The notes beneath the pieces were generated by a model. The model was not told where the DNA came from, did not search any database, and saw only the letters and a list, made by a program, of their open reading frames with translations. Shown piece after piece: positions 46,107-56,440 of a stretch of DNA of 64,000 bases. A program made the position numbers and the translations under genes. How positions within the stretch are numbered: position 1 is the stretch's first letter; every line of letters starts with the position of its first letter. Source of the DNA: Clostridia bacterium (GTDB lineage: Bacteria > Bacillota > Clostridia > UBA1212); contig JAFTXP010000017.1 in NCBI GenBank assembly GCA_017461545.1, positions 1,008 to 65,007 of the forward strand, read 5' to 3'.

Positions 46107-46820
46107 ATGGCACTTCTGACTTGTAAAGACGTTACACTCGGATATGAAGGAATGGTTGTAACGGAAAATGTGAACTTTTCAATCAAGCACGGAGATTACC
46201 TGTGCATAGTGGGCGAGAACGGTTCGGGAAAAAGTACACTTATGAAAACGATACTTAAGCTTGTCAATCCGCTCAAAGGCGAGATAATTACGGGCGACGG
46301 TTTAAAACAAAAAGAAATAGGTTATCTGCCGCAGCAGACAATGGTGCAGAGGGATTTTCCGGCGTCGGTAAGTGAAATAGTCTTATCGGGATACCTTAAT
46401 CGGTGCGGTCTGAGACCTTTTTATACAAAAGGGGAAAAAAGACTTGCCGAAGATAATATGCGAAAAATGGATATTCTCGATTTGAAGGATCAATGTTACA
46501 GAGAGCTTTCCGGCGGTCAGCAGCAGCGTGTACTGCTTGCAAGGGCTCTTTGCGCGGCAAAAAAAATGATACTTTTGGATGAGCCTGTTTCAGGACTTGA
46601 TCCGAAAGTTGCCCGGGAAATGTATGAACTTATATACAAGCTTAACAAAGAAGACGGTATTACGGTTGTAATGATCTCTCATGATATAAACGAAGCGGTG
46701 CGATATGCAGATAAAATTCTTCACATAGGAAGCAATAGCCCTCTGTTTTTCGGTGATACACGGGATTATGTGAAGAGCGGTATCGCGGATTCCTTTATTC
46801 GTACAAAGGAGGCGGAGTGA
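46107..46820 (+). CDS. znuC: Zinc ABC transporter ATP-binding protein
   Basis: GENGSGKST (Walker A), LSGGQQQRVLLARAL (signature) and ILLDEP (Walker B). Confidence 0.88.
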   Translation: MALLTCKDVTLGYEGMVVTENVNFSIKHGDYLCIVGENGSGKSTLMKTILKLVNPLKGEIITGDGLKQKEIGYLPQQTMVQRDFPASVSEIVLSGYLNRCGLRPFYTKGEKRLAEDNMRKMDILDLKDQCYRELSGGQQQRVLLARALCAAKKMILLDEPVSGLDPKVAREMYELIYKLNKEDGITVVMISHDINEAVRYADKILHIGSNSPLFFGDTRDYVKSGIADSFIRTKEAE

Positions 46821-46821
46821 T

Positions 46822-47673
46822 ATGGCAGAGCTTTTTGATAAATTGTATACGTATTTCCAGTTTCCTTTTGTCAGATATGCAGTAATCGTAGCGGTGCTTG
46901 TATCTCTTTGTGCCTCGATGCTGGGAGTAATACTTGTACTTAAAAGATTTTCATTCATCGGTGACGGATTGTCTCACGTAGCCTTTGGTGCTATGGCGAT
47001 AGCCGCCGTGACAGGACTTACAAACAATATGCTCATAGTCATGCCGGTTACGGTTATTTGTGCAATACTGATACTTTGTACAGGACAGAACTCAAAGATC
47101 AAAGGAGATGCGTCCATTGCAATAATATCCGTAAGTTCACTTGCGCTCGGATATCTTTTGTACAATGTCTTTTCAACCTCGTCGAATGTCAGCGGCGATG
47201 TATGCAGTACGCTGTTCGGAGCTTCGTCGATTCTGACTTTGAAACAATCGGACGTGTGGATAAGTATCGTAATGTCTGTAGTTGTTATTGTACTTTTTAT
47301 ATTTTTCTACAACAAAATATTCAGCGTTACATTTGATGAGAATTTTGCGTGCGCGACAGGTACATCTGCGAAGCTCTACAATCTGATAGTTGCGGTAATT
47401 ACTGCGGTCATAATCGTTCTTGCAATGAATCTTGTCGGTTCGCTTCTCATATCGGCGCTGATAATATTTCCGTCGCTTTCTGCAATGCGTGTTTTCAATA
47501 CGTTCAAGTCGGTTACCGTATGTGCGGTCATAAATTCCGTGGTATGTACAAGTGTAGGAATGATAATTTCAATTCTTGCCGAGACTCCTGTAGGTGCGAC
47601 GATAGTTGCTGTCGATGCCGTTGTATTCATAATATATACGGCAGTAGGCCGGATTGCCGGTCATAAAAAATAA
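46822..47673 (+). CDS. znuB: Zinc ABC transporter permease
   Basis: 283-aa ABC-3 family multi-pass membrane protein. Starts 1 nt after the znuC stop. Confidence 0.85.
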   Translation: MAELFDKLYTYFQFPFVRYAVIVAVLVSLCASMLGVILVLKRFSFIGDGLSHVAFGAMAIAAVTGLTNNMLIVMPVTVICAILILCTGQNSKIKGDASIAIISVSSLALGYLLYNVFSTSSNVSGDVCSTLFGASSILTLKQSDVWISIVMSVVVIVLFIFFYNKIFSVTFDENFACATGTSAKLYNLIVAVITAVIIVLAMNLVGSLLISALIIFPSLSAMRVFNTFKSVTVCAVINSVVCTSVGMIISILAETPVGATIVAVDAVVFIIYTAVGRIAGHKK

Positions 47674-47769
47674 TTATTTACCGATTTAATATTTTACTTG
47701 ACTAAAGTGGTAAAGTGTGAGATACTGTCCGAGTCATGAAATATTACTATGAATTTTGAGGTGCATTTG

Positions 47770-48897
47770 ATGGAATCAGAAATCAGCATATTGAAAAAAT
47801 CCGAGCTTGCAGAGCTTAAACTCAGAAGGCTCTATGAGCAGTACGGATACCAAAAATACAGAATGAATCAGTTCGAAGAATACGCTTTTTACATAGAGAA
47901 CAAGAACTTTTTAGGTTCGGACAGTTTTATCACTTTTAACGATAAAGACGGAAAGCTCATGGCGCTCAAGCCGGACGTGACTCTCAGCATGGTAAAAAAT
48001 ACCGCTGCGGACATGGCAGGTTCCAAGAAGCTTTATTATTCGGAAAATATCTTCCGTTTTATAAAAAACGCTGGGGAGTACCGCGAGCTTAATCAGACGG
48101 GTCTTGAGCTTATAGGAAAAGTTGACTTGCTCAGCACTGCGGAGATTGTGACTTTGGCGGCAAAGAGCCTTGAAATAATCGATGCATCTTACGTGCTGAC
48201 CGTTTCTCACATGGGAATCATTTCGGGACTGCTTGAGGAGATCGATGCGGACTATACTGTTAAAGAACGAATTATGGAGTGTATTTCCGAAAAGAATCCT
48301 CACGATCTGAGAAAACTCGGAGAGAGTGCGGGCATAGACATCGATATTATAGAGCGTATCGAAAAGCTTATTTCGATAAATTGCCTGTTAAATGCCGCAT
48401 CTGAGGCACTTGACTCAATTGTATGCAATTTCACTACTTTCGAAGCAGTAAAGGAAATAAAGGCTATTTCAGAGATTATGACAGGCAGTAAATACGCTGA
48501 TAGAATACGCGTTGACTTTTCGTCGGTAAGTGATATGCAGTATTACAACGGAATCCTTTTCAGCGGATACATAGAAGGCGTTGCATCGGCTGTGGTAGTC
48601 GGAGGAAGATATGACAATCTTCTCAGAAAGATGAACAAGGGTAATCTTCAGGCAATCGGTTTTGCCGTAAACTTCTATGAGCTTGACAGATTCTTAAAAG
48701 AAAAGTCAAATTCATCGGGATTGCAGACGGTTGCAATAAAATATTCCGAAAAGGCTGATCTGAAAAAAGTATATGAAATTGCCGAGAAGTACATCGCAGA
48801 AGGCAAGAAAGTCGTTTGCGAAACAGATATTCCGGAAAATGCGGAATACGAAAAAATCATTGAAATTGACGAAAACGGGGAGGTGTCCTGTAAATGA
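47770..48897 (+). CDS. hisZ: ATP phosphoribosyltransferase regulatory subunit
   Basis: HisRS-like paralog without an anticodon-binding role, sitting before a short-form hisG. SD gaggtg before the ATG at 47770 (the track ORF starts at 47749). Confidence 0.85.
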   Translation: MESEISILKKSELAELKLRRLYEQYGYQKYRMNQFEEYAFYIENKNFLGSDSFITFNDKDGKLMALKPDVTLSMVKNTAADMAGSKKLYYSENIFRFIKNAGEYRELNQTGLELIGKVDLLSTAEIVTLAAKSLEIIDASYVLTVSHMGIISGLLEEIDADYTVKERIMECISEKNPHDLRKLGESAGIDIDIIERIEKLISINCLLNAASEALDSIVCNFTTFEAVKEIKAISEIMTGSKYADRIRVDFSSVSDMQYYNGILFSGYIEGVASAVVVGGRYDNLLRKMNKGNLQAIGFAVNFYELDRFLKEKSNSSGLQTVAIKYSEKADLKKVYEIAEKYIAEGKKVVCETDIPENAEYEKIIEIDENGEVSCK

Positions 48898-49517
48898 TAA
48901 ATGTAGCTTTGCCTAAAGGCAGAATCGGTGACAAAGTAAGAAAAATCTTTGCTCAGATAGGATATGAGTGCGAAGAACCCGATAAGGACGACAGACGCCT
49001 TGTTATAGAGAATGCAGACGGAACAATAAGATATCTTTTGATAAAGCCTTCAGATGTAGGTGTATATGTCGAAAGAGGCGCGGCAGACATCGGCGTTTTG
49101 GGAAAAGATACAATAACCGAAACTAATCCCGATATATTCGAACTTGCAGACTTAAATATAGGAAAATGTAAAATGTGCGTATGCGCGCCGAACGACTGGG
49201 AGGATGACCCCGACTCGGTACTTCGTGTCGCTACAAAATATCCTAACATTGCAAAAAATTATTACAACAGCGTAAACAGACAGATCGAAATTATAAAATT
49301 AAACGGCTCAATAGAGCTCGCTCCGATTTTAGGTCTTTCGGATGTCATCGTCGATATCGTTGAGACAGGTACAACCTTGAAGGAAAACAACCTGCATCCC
49401 GTTCTTCCGATTTTAGATATCAGCGCAAGACTCATAGCAAACAAGAGCAGTTACAGATTCAAATCAGAGGAAATAGAAAATATCACTCGTAAGATAAAGG
49501 AGTTAAACGGAATATGA
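48894..49517 (+). CDS. hisG: ATP phosphoribosyltransferase (short form)
   Basis: 207 aa. INVALPKGR, and ETGTTLKENNL. Confidence 0.93.
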   Translation: MINVALPKGRIGDKVRKIFAQIGYECEEPDKDDRRLVIENADGTIRYLLIKPSDVGVYVERGAADIGVLGKDTITETNPDIFELADLNIGKCKMCVCAPNDWEDDPDSVLRVATKYPNIAKNYYNSVNRQIEIIKLNGSIELAPILGLSDVIVDIVETGTTLKENNLHPVLPILDISARLIANKSSYRFKSEEIENITRKIKELNGI

Positions 49518-50791
49518 TACGCATTTTAGATACGGAAGATGTTGCAATAGAAGATATATTAAAACGTGAAAGCACATCGTTTGACGAGGCTGACAAGATT
49601 GCCGCAGACGTAATTGCAAATGTTACTGCAAACGGAGATAAGGCGCTTTTTGAATACTGTGAGAGATTTGACAAAGTTACTCTTACATCTCTCGAAGTGA
49701 CGGCGGAAGAGATAGAAGAGGCATACAAAGCTGTAGATGCAGAACTTCTCGAAACCATGAAAAAGGCTGCAGAAAATATCAGAGCTTTCCACGAGAAACA
49801 GGTGAGAAACGGTTTTGCTATTACGGAAAAAGACGGTATTGTTCTCGGTCAGAAAATAACTCCGATAGAGAAGGCAGGACTTTATGTGCCGGGCGGTACG
49901 GCAAGTTACCCGAGCACTGTTCTCATGAATGCGATTCCGGCAAAGATCGCAGGCGTAAGCGAGATTGTTATAACAACTCCGCCGCAGAAGGACGGAAAGA
50001 TAGCGCCGCCGATACTTGCTGCGGCAAAGATTGCGGGCGTTGACAGAATATTTAAGGTGGGCGGCGCGCAGGCGATAGCCGCACTTGCATACGGTACGGA
50101 ATCAATCCCGAAAGTAGATAAGATCGTAGGCCCCGGAAATGTATTTGTTGCCGCTGCAAAGAGAAGAGTTTACGGTATTGTAAATATTGATATGATAGCA
50201 GGCCCTAGTGAGATACTTGTAATTGCGGACGGAAAATGCGACCCTGCGGTTGTTGCGGCTGATTTGCTTTCACAGGCAGAACATGATAAAAATGCAAGCA
50301 GTGTGCTTATTACGGACAGCAGAGCTCTTGCGGTACAGGTTATGAACGAACTCGAACGACAGATTCCGCTTCTTCCGAGAAATGAGATATGCAGAGCTTC
50401 TATCGATAACAACGGAAAAATCATCATCGTAAACGACCTCAGAGAGGCTGTTAAAATTTCAAATATGATTGCTCCCGAACACCTTGAGGTATGTGTGGAA
50501 GAGCCTTTTGCGCTTCTCAGCGAAATAAAAAATGCCGGAAGTATATTCCTTGGCAGAAACTGTCCCGAGGCACTCGGTGACTATTTTGCAGGTCCTAACC
50601 ACACACTTCCGACAAACGGCACTGCGAGATTTTCTTCGCCGCTTTCGGTTGATGACTTTATAAAGAAATCTTCATTCATTTACTACACAAAAGATGCTCT
50701 GTCAAAGGTATCTGACGGCATACAGAAGTTTGCTGAGAGCGAAGGCCTCAGCGCGCATGCGAGAAGTGTAGCACAGCGTTTTGAAAAATAA
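49514..50791 (+). CDS. hisD: Histidinol dehydrogenase
   Basis: GLYVPGGTASYPSTVLMNAIPAKIAGV, AGPSE and SQAEHD motifs. Confidence 0.96.
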   Translation: MIRILDTEDVAIEDILKRESTSFDEADKIAADVIANVTANGDKALFEYCERFDKVTLTSLEVTAEEIEEAYKAVDAELLETMKKAAENIRAFHEKQVRNGFAITEKDGIVLGQKITPIEKAGLYVPGGTASYPSTVLMNAIPAKIAGVSEIVITTPPQKDGKIAPPILAAAKIAGVDRIFKVGGAQAIAALAYGTESIPKVDKIVGPGNVFVAAAKRRVYGIVNIDMIAGPSEILVIADGKCDPAVVAADLLSQAEHDKNASSVLITDSRALAVQVMNELERQIPLLPRNEICRASIDNNGKIIIVNDLREAVKISNMIAPEHLEVCVEEPFALLSEIKNAGSIFLGRNCPEALGDYFAGPNHTLPTNGTARFSSPLSVDDFIKKSSFIYYTKDALSKVSDGIQKFAESEGLSAHARSVAQRFEK

Positions 50792-50810
50792 AATCCGGAG
50801 GATTGATTTT

Positions 50811-51866
50811 ATGGGCAGATTTTTTTCAAAGAGACTTTCAGGTCTTTTGCCTTATGTCCCCGGCGAACAGCCGCAGGACATGCAGTATATAAAACTTAAT
50901 ACGAATGAGAGCCCTTTTCCTCCGTCCCCGAAAGTTATGGAAGCGGTCAGTGCAGAGTCCGGCAAACTAAATCTTTATTCCGATCCGGAGTGTAAAGTTT
51001 TAAATAATGCCATTGCAAAGGCGCTCGGAGTTGAAAGCGATATGGTTATTTCCGGAAACGGCTCCGATGAAATTCTTGCATTTTGCTATATGGCTTTTTG
51101 CGACGATGACACGGGTGTTTGTTATCCTGATATTTCTTACGGATTTTATCCTGTATTTAAGGATGTGTTTTTCCTTGACGGCAAGGCGATTCCGCTCACA
51201 GATGATTTCAGAGTTGACCCGGACGATTACATAGCAAGCGGAAGAACTGCTTTTATTGCAAATCCGAATGCTCCGACGGGAATATCACTCTGCCTTGATG
51301 ACGTTGAGCGGATTGTAAAGTGCAATCCTGACAACATTGTTGTTATAGACGAGGCGTATGTAGACTTCGGCGGAGACACCGCTGTTCCTCTTACATACAA
51401 ATACGACAACCTTATTGTCGTAAGAACTTTCTCAAAGTCAAGGAATCTTGCAGGCGGACGAATAGGTTTTGCTGTTGCTCAGAAGTCTTTGATCGACGAG
51501 CTTAATAAAATTAAATTTTCTTTCAATCCGTACAATGAAGACCGCTTGGCAATCGTTGCAGGCGCTGCTGCGATGGAGGATGATGAATATTTTAAAAAGT
51601 GTACCGGAGAGATAATAAGAGTCAGGGAAATGACGGCAGCGGAGCTTAAAAACATAGGTTTTGACGTACTTCCGTCCAAGACAAACTTCCTGTTTGCAAA
51701 AAAAGAAGGTTTTTCGGGAGAAAAACTCTACACAGAACTCAAAAAACGCGGTATACTAGTCAGACATTTTAAAACCGAACGAATCAAAGACTTTGTAAGA
51801 ATTACGATCGGTACGGAGGAGCAGATGAATGTTCTGCTTCGCGAAGTTAAAGAAATTATTAAATAA
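50811..51866 (+). CDS. hisC: Histidinol-phosphate aminotransferase
   Basis: IKLNTNESPFPPSP and TFSKSRNLAGGRIG (PLP Lys). SD ggagg before the ATG at 50811. Confidence 0.93.
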   Translation: MGRFFSKRLSGLLPYVPGEQPQDMQYIKLNTNESPFPPSPKVMEAVSAESGKLNLYSDPECKVLNNAIAKALGVESDMVISGNGSDEILAFCYMAFCDDDTGVCYPDISYGFYPVFKDVFFLDGKAIPLTDDFRVDPDDYIASGRTAFIANPNAPTGISLCLDDVERIVKCNPDNIVVIDEAYVDFGGDTAVPLTYKYDNLIVVRTFSKSRNLAGGRIGFAVAQKSLIDELNKIKFSFNPYNEDRLAIVAGAAAMEDDEYFKKCTGEIIRVREMTAAELKNIGFDVLPSKTNFLFAKKEGFSGEKLYTELKKRGILVRHFKTERIKDFVRITIGTEEQMNVLLREVKEIIK

Positions 51867-51920
51867 TAACGGATGATATACTGTGCCTTATTTTAAAGGC
51901 AGAAAGAAAAGGTGTCAAAA

Positions 51921-52508
51921 ATGAGAAAAGCGGAGATTGCGAGAAAAACTGCGGAAACTGATATTTCACTTAAACTGAACATTGACGGAACGGGAAAGAG
52001 TACAATCGATACAGGCTGCGGTTTTCTGAATCACATGCTTACACTTTTTGCAAAGCACGGAGGATTCGACCTCGATGTAAAATGTACAGGTGACGTTGAC
52101 GTTGACTTTCACCACACCGCGGAGGATATCGGTATAGTTCTCGGAAATGCTTTTGCGGAAGCTTTAGGTGACAAAAAAGGCATAAAAAGATACGGCAGCT
52201 TTTTGCTTCCGATGGATGAGTCTTTGGTAATGGTCGCACTTGATATAAGCGGAAGGTCGATGCTTTGCTTTGATGCAGACATGCCTACTGCCAAGGTTGG
52301 AAGCTTTGATACGGAGCTTTGCGAGGAATTTATGCAGGCTTTTGCACGCTCAATGAATATCACTTTGCACATAAAAAAACTTGCAGGCTCTAACTCTCAC
52401 CATATCATCGAAGCTATTTACAAGGGATTGGCTCACGCTCTCAAAGAGGCCGTGGAAATTGATGAAAAACTTAAAGGACAGGTATTATCTACAAAGGGTG
52501 TAATCTGA
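51921..52508 (+). CDS. hisB: Imidazoleglycerol-phosphate dehydratase
   Basis: RKTAETDISLKLNIDG, DFHHTAEDIGI, and SNSHHIIEA. Confidence 0.95.
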   Translation: MRKAEIARKTAETDISLKLNIDGTGKSTIDTGCGFLNHMLTLFAKHGGFDLDVKCTGDVDVDFHHTAEDIGIVLGNAFAEALGDKKGIKRYGSFLLPMDESLVMVALDISGRSMLCFDADMPTAKVGSFDTELCEEFMQAFARSMNITLHIKKLAGSNSHHIIEAIYKGLAHALKEAVEIDEKLKGQVLSTKGVI

Positions 52509-53119
52509 TGATAGCAATAATAAACTACGGTGTCGGCAACCTGTTTTCGCTGTCGGGCTCTCTTAAAAGACTCGGTATAGAAAGCGTAATAACCGCCGAC
52601 GAAAACATCATAAGAAATGCAGACAGAATTATTCTTCCGGGAGTAGGTGCTTTCGGCGATGCTGCTGAAAAACTGAGAAAAACGGGACTTGACCGTGTGA
52701 TAATCGATGAGGCGAAAAAAGGTAAGCCGCTTATGGGAATTTGCCTTGGTATGCAGATGCTTTTTGAAAAAAGCTATGAGTACGGCGATCACGAAGGCCT
52801 CGGACTCATTCCGGGAAATGTAAAACCGATGAAACCTCTTTTGGACGGAAAGCTCAAAGTTCCTCATATCGGTTGGAATTCTCTGCAGATAAAAGACAAA
52901 AACGATCCGCTTCTTAAATACATAGAAGACGGCGACTATGTGTACTACGTTCACTCTTTTTATGCGACGGACTGTGATAATTGGACTTCGTCTGTTTCGG
53001 AGTACGGTATAACCGTTACAGGTTCTGTGAGAAACGGAAACGTCTGGGGAACTCAGTTTCATCCTGAAAAGAGCGGCGAAAAAGGTCTTTTGATACTTAA
53101 AGCATTTTCTGAAATTTGA
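52508..53119 (+). CDS. hisH: Imidazole glycerol phosphate synthase, glutamine amidotransferase subunit
   Basis: IAIINYGVGNL, PLMGICLGMQ (catalytic Cys), and GTQFHPEKS. Confidence 0.96.
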   Translation: MIAIINYGVGNLFSLSGSLKRLGIESVITADENIIRNADRIILPGVGAFGDAAEKLRKTGLDRVIIDEAKKGKPLMGICLGMQMLFEKSYEYGDHEGLGLIPGNVKPMKPLLDGKLKVPHIGWNSLQIKDKNDPLLKYIEDGDYVYYVHSFYATDCDNWTSSVSEYGITVTGSVRNGNVWGTQFHPEKSGEKGLLILKAFSEI

Positions 53120-53162
53120 TTTTTGAAAAAATGTGTAAAAACATAATACGAGAGGACAATTT

Positions 53163-53879
53163 ATGTATATTCTTCCTGCTATTGATATAAGTGAAAAAAA
53201 GGTTGTCAGGCTTACGGAGGGCGATTATAACCGCGTTAAGGTTTACTCCGATAACCCTGTTGACATGATAAAAGAGTTTAAGTCAAAAGGTGCTTCATAT
53301 TTGCACGTGGTTGACCTTGACGGAGCAAAATACGGCTCGCTTGTAAATCTCGATGCAATATCCGCAATAGCTGCTGAGGGCGGTATTTTTATCGAAGTCG
53401 GCGGCGGAATACGCGACGAGGAAAAGATAAAGACTTACCTTGAAAAAGGCGCAAACCGTGTGATTTTGGGCACTGTGGCGATAAAGAATTTCGAATTCAC
53501 AAAAGAGATGGCAAAAAAGTACGGCGACAAGATTGCCGTAGGTGTTGACGCAAAAAACGGCAAAGTAGCTGTAAACGGCTGGCTCGAAGACAGCGGAATT
53601 GATTCTGTAGAATTCTGCAAAAAGCTTGCGTCTGCCGGTGTTAAGACCATTATTTATACAGACATCTCGAAAGACGGTATGCTTTCCGGTTGCAATCTCG
53701 ATATTTATAAAGAACTTTGTAAAATCGAAGGCATAGATATTGTCGCATCGGGCGGTGTAACTTCTGTTTCCGAGGTAAAGGCCCTTAAAGAATACGGATG
53801 TGCAGGTGTCATCATAGGTAAAGCGATTTACGAGGGCAAAATAACTCTCGAAGATGCTTTGGAATGTGTAAAAGAATAA
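53163..53879 (+). CDS. hisA: ProFAR isomerase
   Basis: ILPAIDI...VVRL, HVVDLDGA, EVGGGIR, and ASGGV. Confidence 0.95.
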   Translation: MYILPAIDISEKKVVRLTEGDYNRVKVYSDNPVDMIKEFKSKGASYLHVVDLDGAKYGSLVNLDAISAIAAEGGIFIEVGGGIRDEEKIKTYLEKGANRVILGTVAIKNFEFTKEMAKKYGDKIAVGVDAKNGKVAVNGWLEDSGIDSVEFCKKLASAGVKTIIYTDISKDGMLSGCNLDIYKELCKIEGIDIVASGGVTSVSEVKALKEYGCAGVIIGKAIYEGKITLEDALECVKE

Positions 53880-53897
53880 CAGACGGAGTTTTGTGAT

Positions 53898-54659
53898 ATG
53901 GTAGCTAAAAGAATCATTCCGTGCCTTGACATAAGACACGGCAGAGTTGTTAAGGGAGTAAATTTTGAGGGAATACAGGACGTTGACGATCCGGTGGCAC
54001 TTGCACGTTTCTACAACGAATCAGGTGCAGACGAGCTTGTCTTCTACGACATAACGGCAAGCGTTGAGGGCAGAGGACTTTTTACGGATGTTCTTGAAAG
54101 AGTTGCAAGTGAGGTATTCATACCGCTCACGGTGGGCGGCAGTATAAATACTCTTGATGATTTTGACAGAGTATTAAAGTGCGGTGCAGACAAGGTCAGC
54201 GTAAATTCCGGTGCAATAAAGAATCCTGCGCTTATAGGCGAAGCGGCGAAACGTTACGGTGACCAATGCGTAGTACTTTCAATGGATGTTAAGCGTGTTG
54301 ACGGAAAGTTCACTGTATTTACAGCCGGCGGCAGAGTAAATACCGGCATTGACGCTCTTGATTGGGCTGTGCGCGGCGAAGCGGCAGGCGCGGGCGAGCT
54401 TGTTCTCAACAGCATTGATACAGACGGAGTAAAGAAAGGTTTTGACATTGAAATGCTTTCTGCATTTGCCGAGAGACTTTCAATTCCGATAATCGCAAGC
54501 GGCGGAGCGGGTTGTATGGAGGATTTCAAGACTTTGTTTGAAACAGTACCGAAAGTCGATGCAGGTCTTGCGGCTTCGATATTCCATTTTAAAACCGTAA
54601 ACATAAAAGATTTAAAGAATTATTTAATAGATAACAACATTGAAATGAGGAAGATATAA
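53898..54659 (+). CDS. hisF: Imidazole glycerol phosphate synthase, cyclase subunit
   Basis: KRIIPCLDI, GADELVFYDITAS, GADKVSVNS, and ASGGAG. Confidence 0.96.
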   Translation: MVAKRIIPCLDIRHGRVVKGVNFEGIQDVDDPVALARFYNESGADELVFYDITASVEGRGLFTDVLERVASEVFIPLTVGGSINTLDDFDRVLKCGADKVSVNSGAIKNPALIGEAAKRYGDQCVVLSMDVKRVDGKFTVFTAGGRVNTGIDALDWAVRGEAAGAGELVLNSIDTDGVKKGFDIEMLSAFAERLSIPIIASGGAGCMEDFKTLFETVPKVDAGLAASIFHFKTVNIKDLKNYLIDNNIEMRKI

Positions 54660-54660
54660 A

Positions 54661-55317
54661 ATGATTAACGAAAATGTCATAGCAAAACTTAAATTTGATG
54701 ATAAAGGCTTGATTCCGGCTGTAGTTCAGGATTTCTACACAGGAGAAGTTCTGACAGTAGCCTACATGAACAGCGAAAGCCTTAAAATTACACTCGATGA
54801 AAAAATGACTTGCTTCTTCTCTCGCTCAAGACAGGAGCTCTGGAGAAAGGGCGAGACAAGCGGCAACCGCCAGCACGTTGTAAGCATTACCGCAGACTGC
54901 GACTGCGACGCGCTTGTTGTAAAAGTTATAAAAGACGGCCCTGCATGCCACACCGGCAAAAACAGCTGTTTCTTTGAGGCACTTTATGCAGACGAAGACA
55001 AATCAGAGTTTTCTATGGACGGCCTGTACGAACTCATTTTAGGCAGAAAACAGGAGATGCCGGAAGGCTCCTACACAACATATCTTTTTGCAAAAGGTAT
55101 TGAGAAGATTCTGAAAAAAGTAGGCGAGGAGTCCTCGGAAGTTCTTATCGGTGCAATGAAAAACAGCAAAGAGGAGACTATCTACGAAATTTCCGACCTT
55201 GCATACCATGTGCTTGTATTGATGGTTGAAATGGGTATCTCCGTTGACGACATCAGAAAGGAACTTGCCTCAAGGCATGTCATCGATAAAAAAGTTAAGC
55301 AGGAAACGATGAAGTAA
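54661..55317 (+). CDS. hisIE: Bifunctional phosphoribosyl-AMP cyclohydrolase / phosphoribosyl-ATP pyrophosphatase
   Basis: LIPAVVQD...VLTVAYMN, DCDCDAL and CHTG (HisI), then the HisE helical part YTTYLFAKG...EESSE. Confidence 0.95.
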   Translation: MINENVIAKLKFDDKGLIPAVVQDFYTGEVLTVAYMNSESLKITLDEKMTCFFSRSRQELWRKGETSGNRQHVVSITADCDCDALVVKVIKDGPACHTGKNSCFFEALYADEDKSEFSMDGLYELILGRKQEMPEGSYTTYLFAKGIEKILKKVGEESSEVLIGAMKNSKEETIYEISDLAYHVLVLMVEMGISVDDIRKELASRHVIDKKVKQETMK

Positions 55318-55338
55318 TTGAATTTTACGGTAAAGGAA

Positions 55339-55378
55339 GCAACGGCGTGTCAGTTTTGCAAAACTGACACGCCGTTGC
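55339..55378 (+). terminator. Long hairpin terminator after the his operon
   Basis: gcaacggcgtgtcagtttt / aaaactgacacgccgttgc arms of up to 19 bp. Confidence 0.7.
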
Positions 55379-55388
55379 TCTTATGCAG

Positions 55389-55415
55389 TCACACTCGCAA
55401 ATTTTGCGAGTGTGA
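55389..55415. promoter_or_regulatory. 27-bp perfect palindrome TCACACTCGCAAA-T-TTTGCGAGTGTGA
   Basis: Core TCGCAAA-T-TTTGCGA has a 7-1-7 layout, like Fur-family boxes. Same half-site as in the zur leader. Confidence 0.45.
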
Positions 55416-55583
55416 TATTGAATAATAGTTTGTTGCATATTTATATAACGACGGGTCAAAATAGATGTGAATTAAATGTAGAACAAATCTTGAATATTTT
55501 AGCTATTTTAGAGTGTTGAAAATTTAGCTAAAATATCATATGCTGATATTAGCAATGAAATATGCAAAAAGGAGGCGTAATCG

Positions 55584-55817
55584 ATGACTACCGCAACAGC
55601 AACAGAGGTTCAGAACAATTTCGGAAGATTTCTGAAAATGGTTCAGGACGGTCATGAAATCGTTATCATAAAAAACGGTTCGGAAGTTGCACGGCTGATT
55701 TCCCGGGAAAAGACCGTGTCGTTTCTTTCTGACAGCCTTGTGGGCGTTCTTTCCTCAGACGTGGACGAGAAGCAAGCCCGCGCAGAAAGGATGAAACGTT
55801 ATGAAAATACTGATTGA
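55584..55817 (+). CDS. Type II antitoxin (Phd/YefM family)
   Basis: TATEVQNNFGRFLKMVQDGHEIVIIKNGSEVARLIS is the Phd/YefM N-domain. SD aaggagg. Confidence 0.8.
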   Translation: MTTATATEVQNNFGRFLKMVQDGHEIVIIKNGSEVARLISREKTVSFLSDSLVGVLSSDVDEKQARAERMKRYENTD

Positions 55818-56208
55818 TACAAACATTATTTTAGATGTTTTATGTAACCGTAAGGACTTTGTCGAAGATTCGCTTAAAGTATTCAAACTTTGTGAGGCAG
55901 AACATATTACAGGATGTATATCTGCGCTGACTGTTCCGAATATTATGTACATAATGCGGAAAGAGTTGGATGCGGAACATGCTAAAAAAATATTGACCGC
56001 ACTGACCGCGATTTTCAGTGTTGTGGATTTGCGTGCGAGTGATTTGACTAAAGCTGCTGATTTGAATTTCTTCGACTATGAAAATGCTTTGCAATCTGTA
56101 AGTGCGACACGAATAAAAGCTGATTATATAGTAACAAGAAACATCAAGGCTTTTAAGAAAAGTATTGTGCCTGCGATATCTCCGGCGGAGCTGTTTGAAA
56201 GATTTTAG
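55801..56208 (+). CDS. vapC: PIN-domain toxin (VapC family)
   Basis: MKILIDTNIILDVL (first acidic residue), and later ...FFDYENAL...IVTRN. 17-nt overlap with the antitoxin. Confidence 0.8.
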   Translation: MKILIDTNIILDVLCNRKDFVEDSLKVFKLCEAEHITGCISALTVPNIMYIMRKELDAEHAKKILTALTAIFSVVDLRASDLTKAADLNFFDYENALQSVSATRIKADYIVTRNIKAFKKSIVPAISPAELFERF

Positions 56209-56353
56209 GTACAGAGAGATCTCCATTAGCCTTATGGTTTAGAGCCATAGAAGAGATGAACATTAAAGCGTGGGAAGATTCGTCTTCCCATTTTTTTAGG
56301 TCTCAATACATACTTTCGCAAATTTTGCGTATTTACGCAAAATTTGCGAAAGT
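56202..56353 (+). repeat. ~150-bp direct repeat, copy 1 (contains a terminator hairpin and a large palindrome)
   Basis: Aligns with 57741..57891 at roughly 90% identity by eye. Includes gggaagattcgtcttccc+ttttttt. Confidence 0.85.
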
Positions 56354-56360
56354 ATGTATT
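56305..56360. repeat. 56-bp near-perfect palindrome built from TTCGCAAATTTTGCGTA units
   Basis: aatacatactttcgcaaattttgcgta-tt-tacgcaaaatttgcgaaagtatgtatt. Confidence 0.85.
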
Positions 56361-56410
56361 GATTTAATTTAATGGATATAATATAATCAAAATCGATGAA
56401 AGTGTAGAAA

Positions 56411-56429
56411 TACGCAAAATTTGCGAAAG
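56411..56429. promoter_or_regulatory. Half-copy of the palindrome (TACGCAAAATTTGCGAAAG) abutting the ATPase SD
   Basis: Identical to the right arm of the 56305 and 57849 palindromes. Followed by aggag and the ATG at 56441. Confidence 0.5.
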
Positions 56430-56440
56430 AGGAGTGCAAT

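Noticed and set aside
47674-47769. T-box or other riboswitch leader expected upstream of a Firmicute his operon
   Set aside because: Only ~95 nt separate znuB from hisZ. That holds a TTGACT-17-GATACT-like promoter but is too short for a T-box, and no specifier or antiterminator structure is visible.
52433-53939. Long minus-strand ORFs 52433..53062 (209 aa) and 53295..53939 (214 aa)
   Set aside because: They are antisense to hisH and hisA, which carry diagnostic motifs. They are typical shadow ORFs in this codon-biased DNA.
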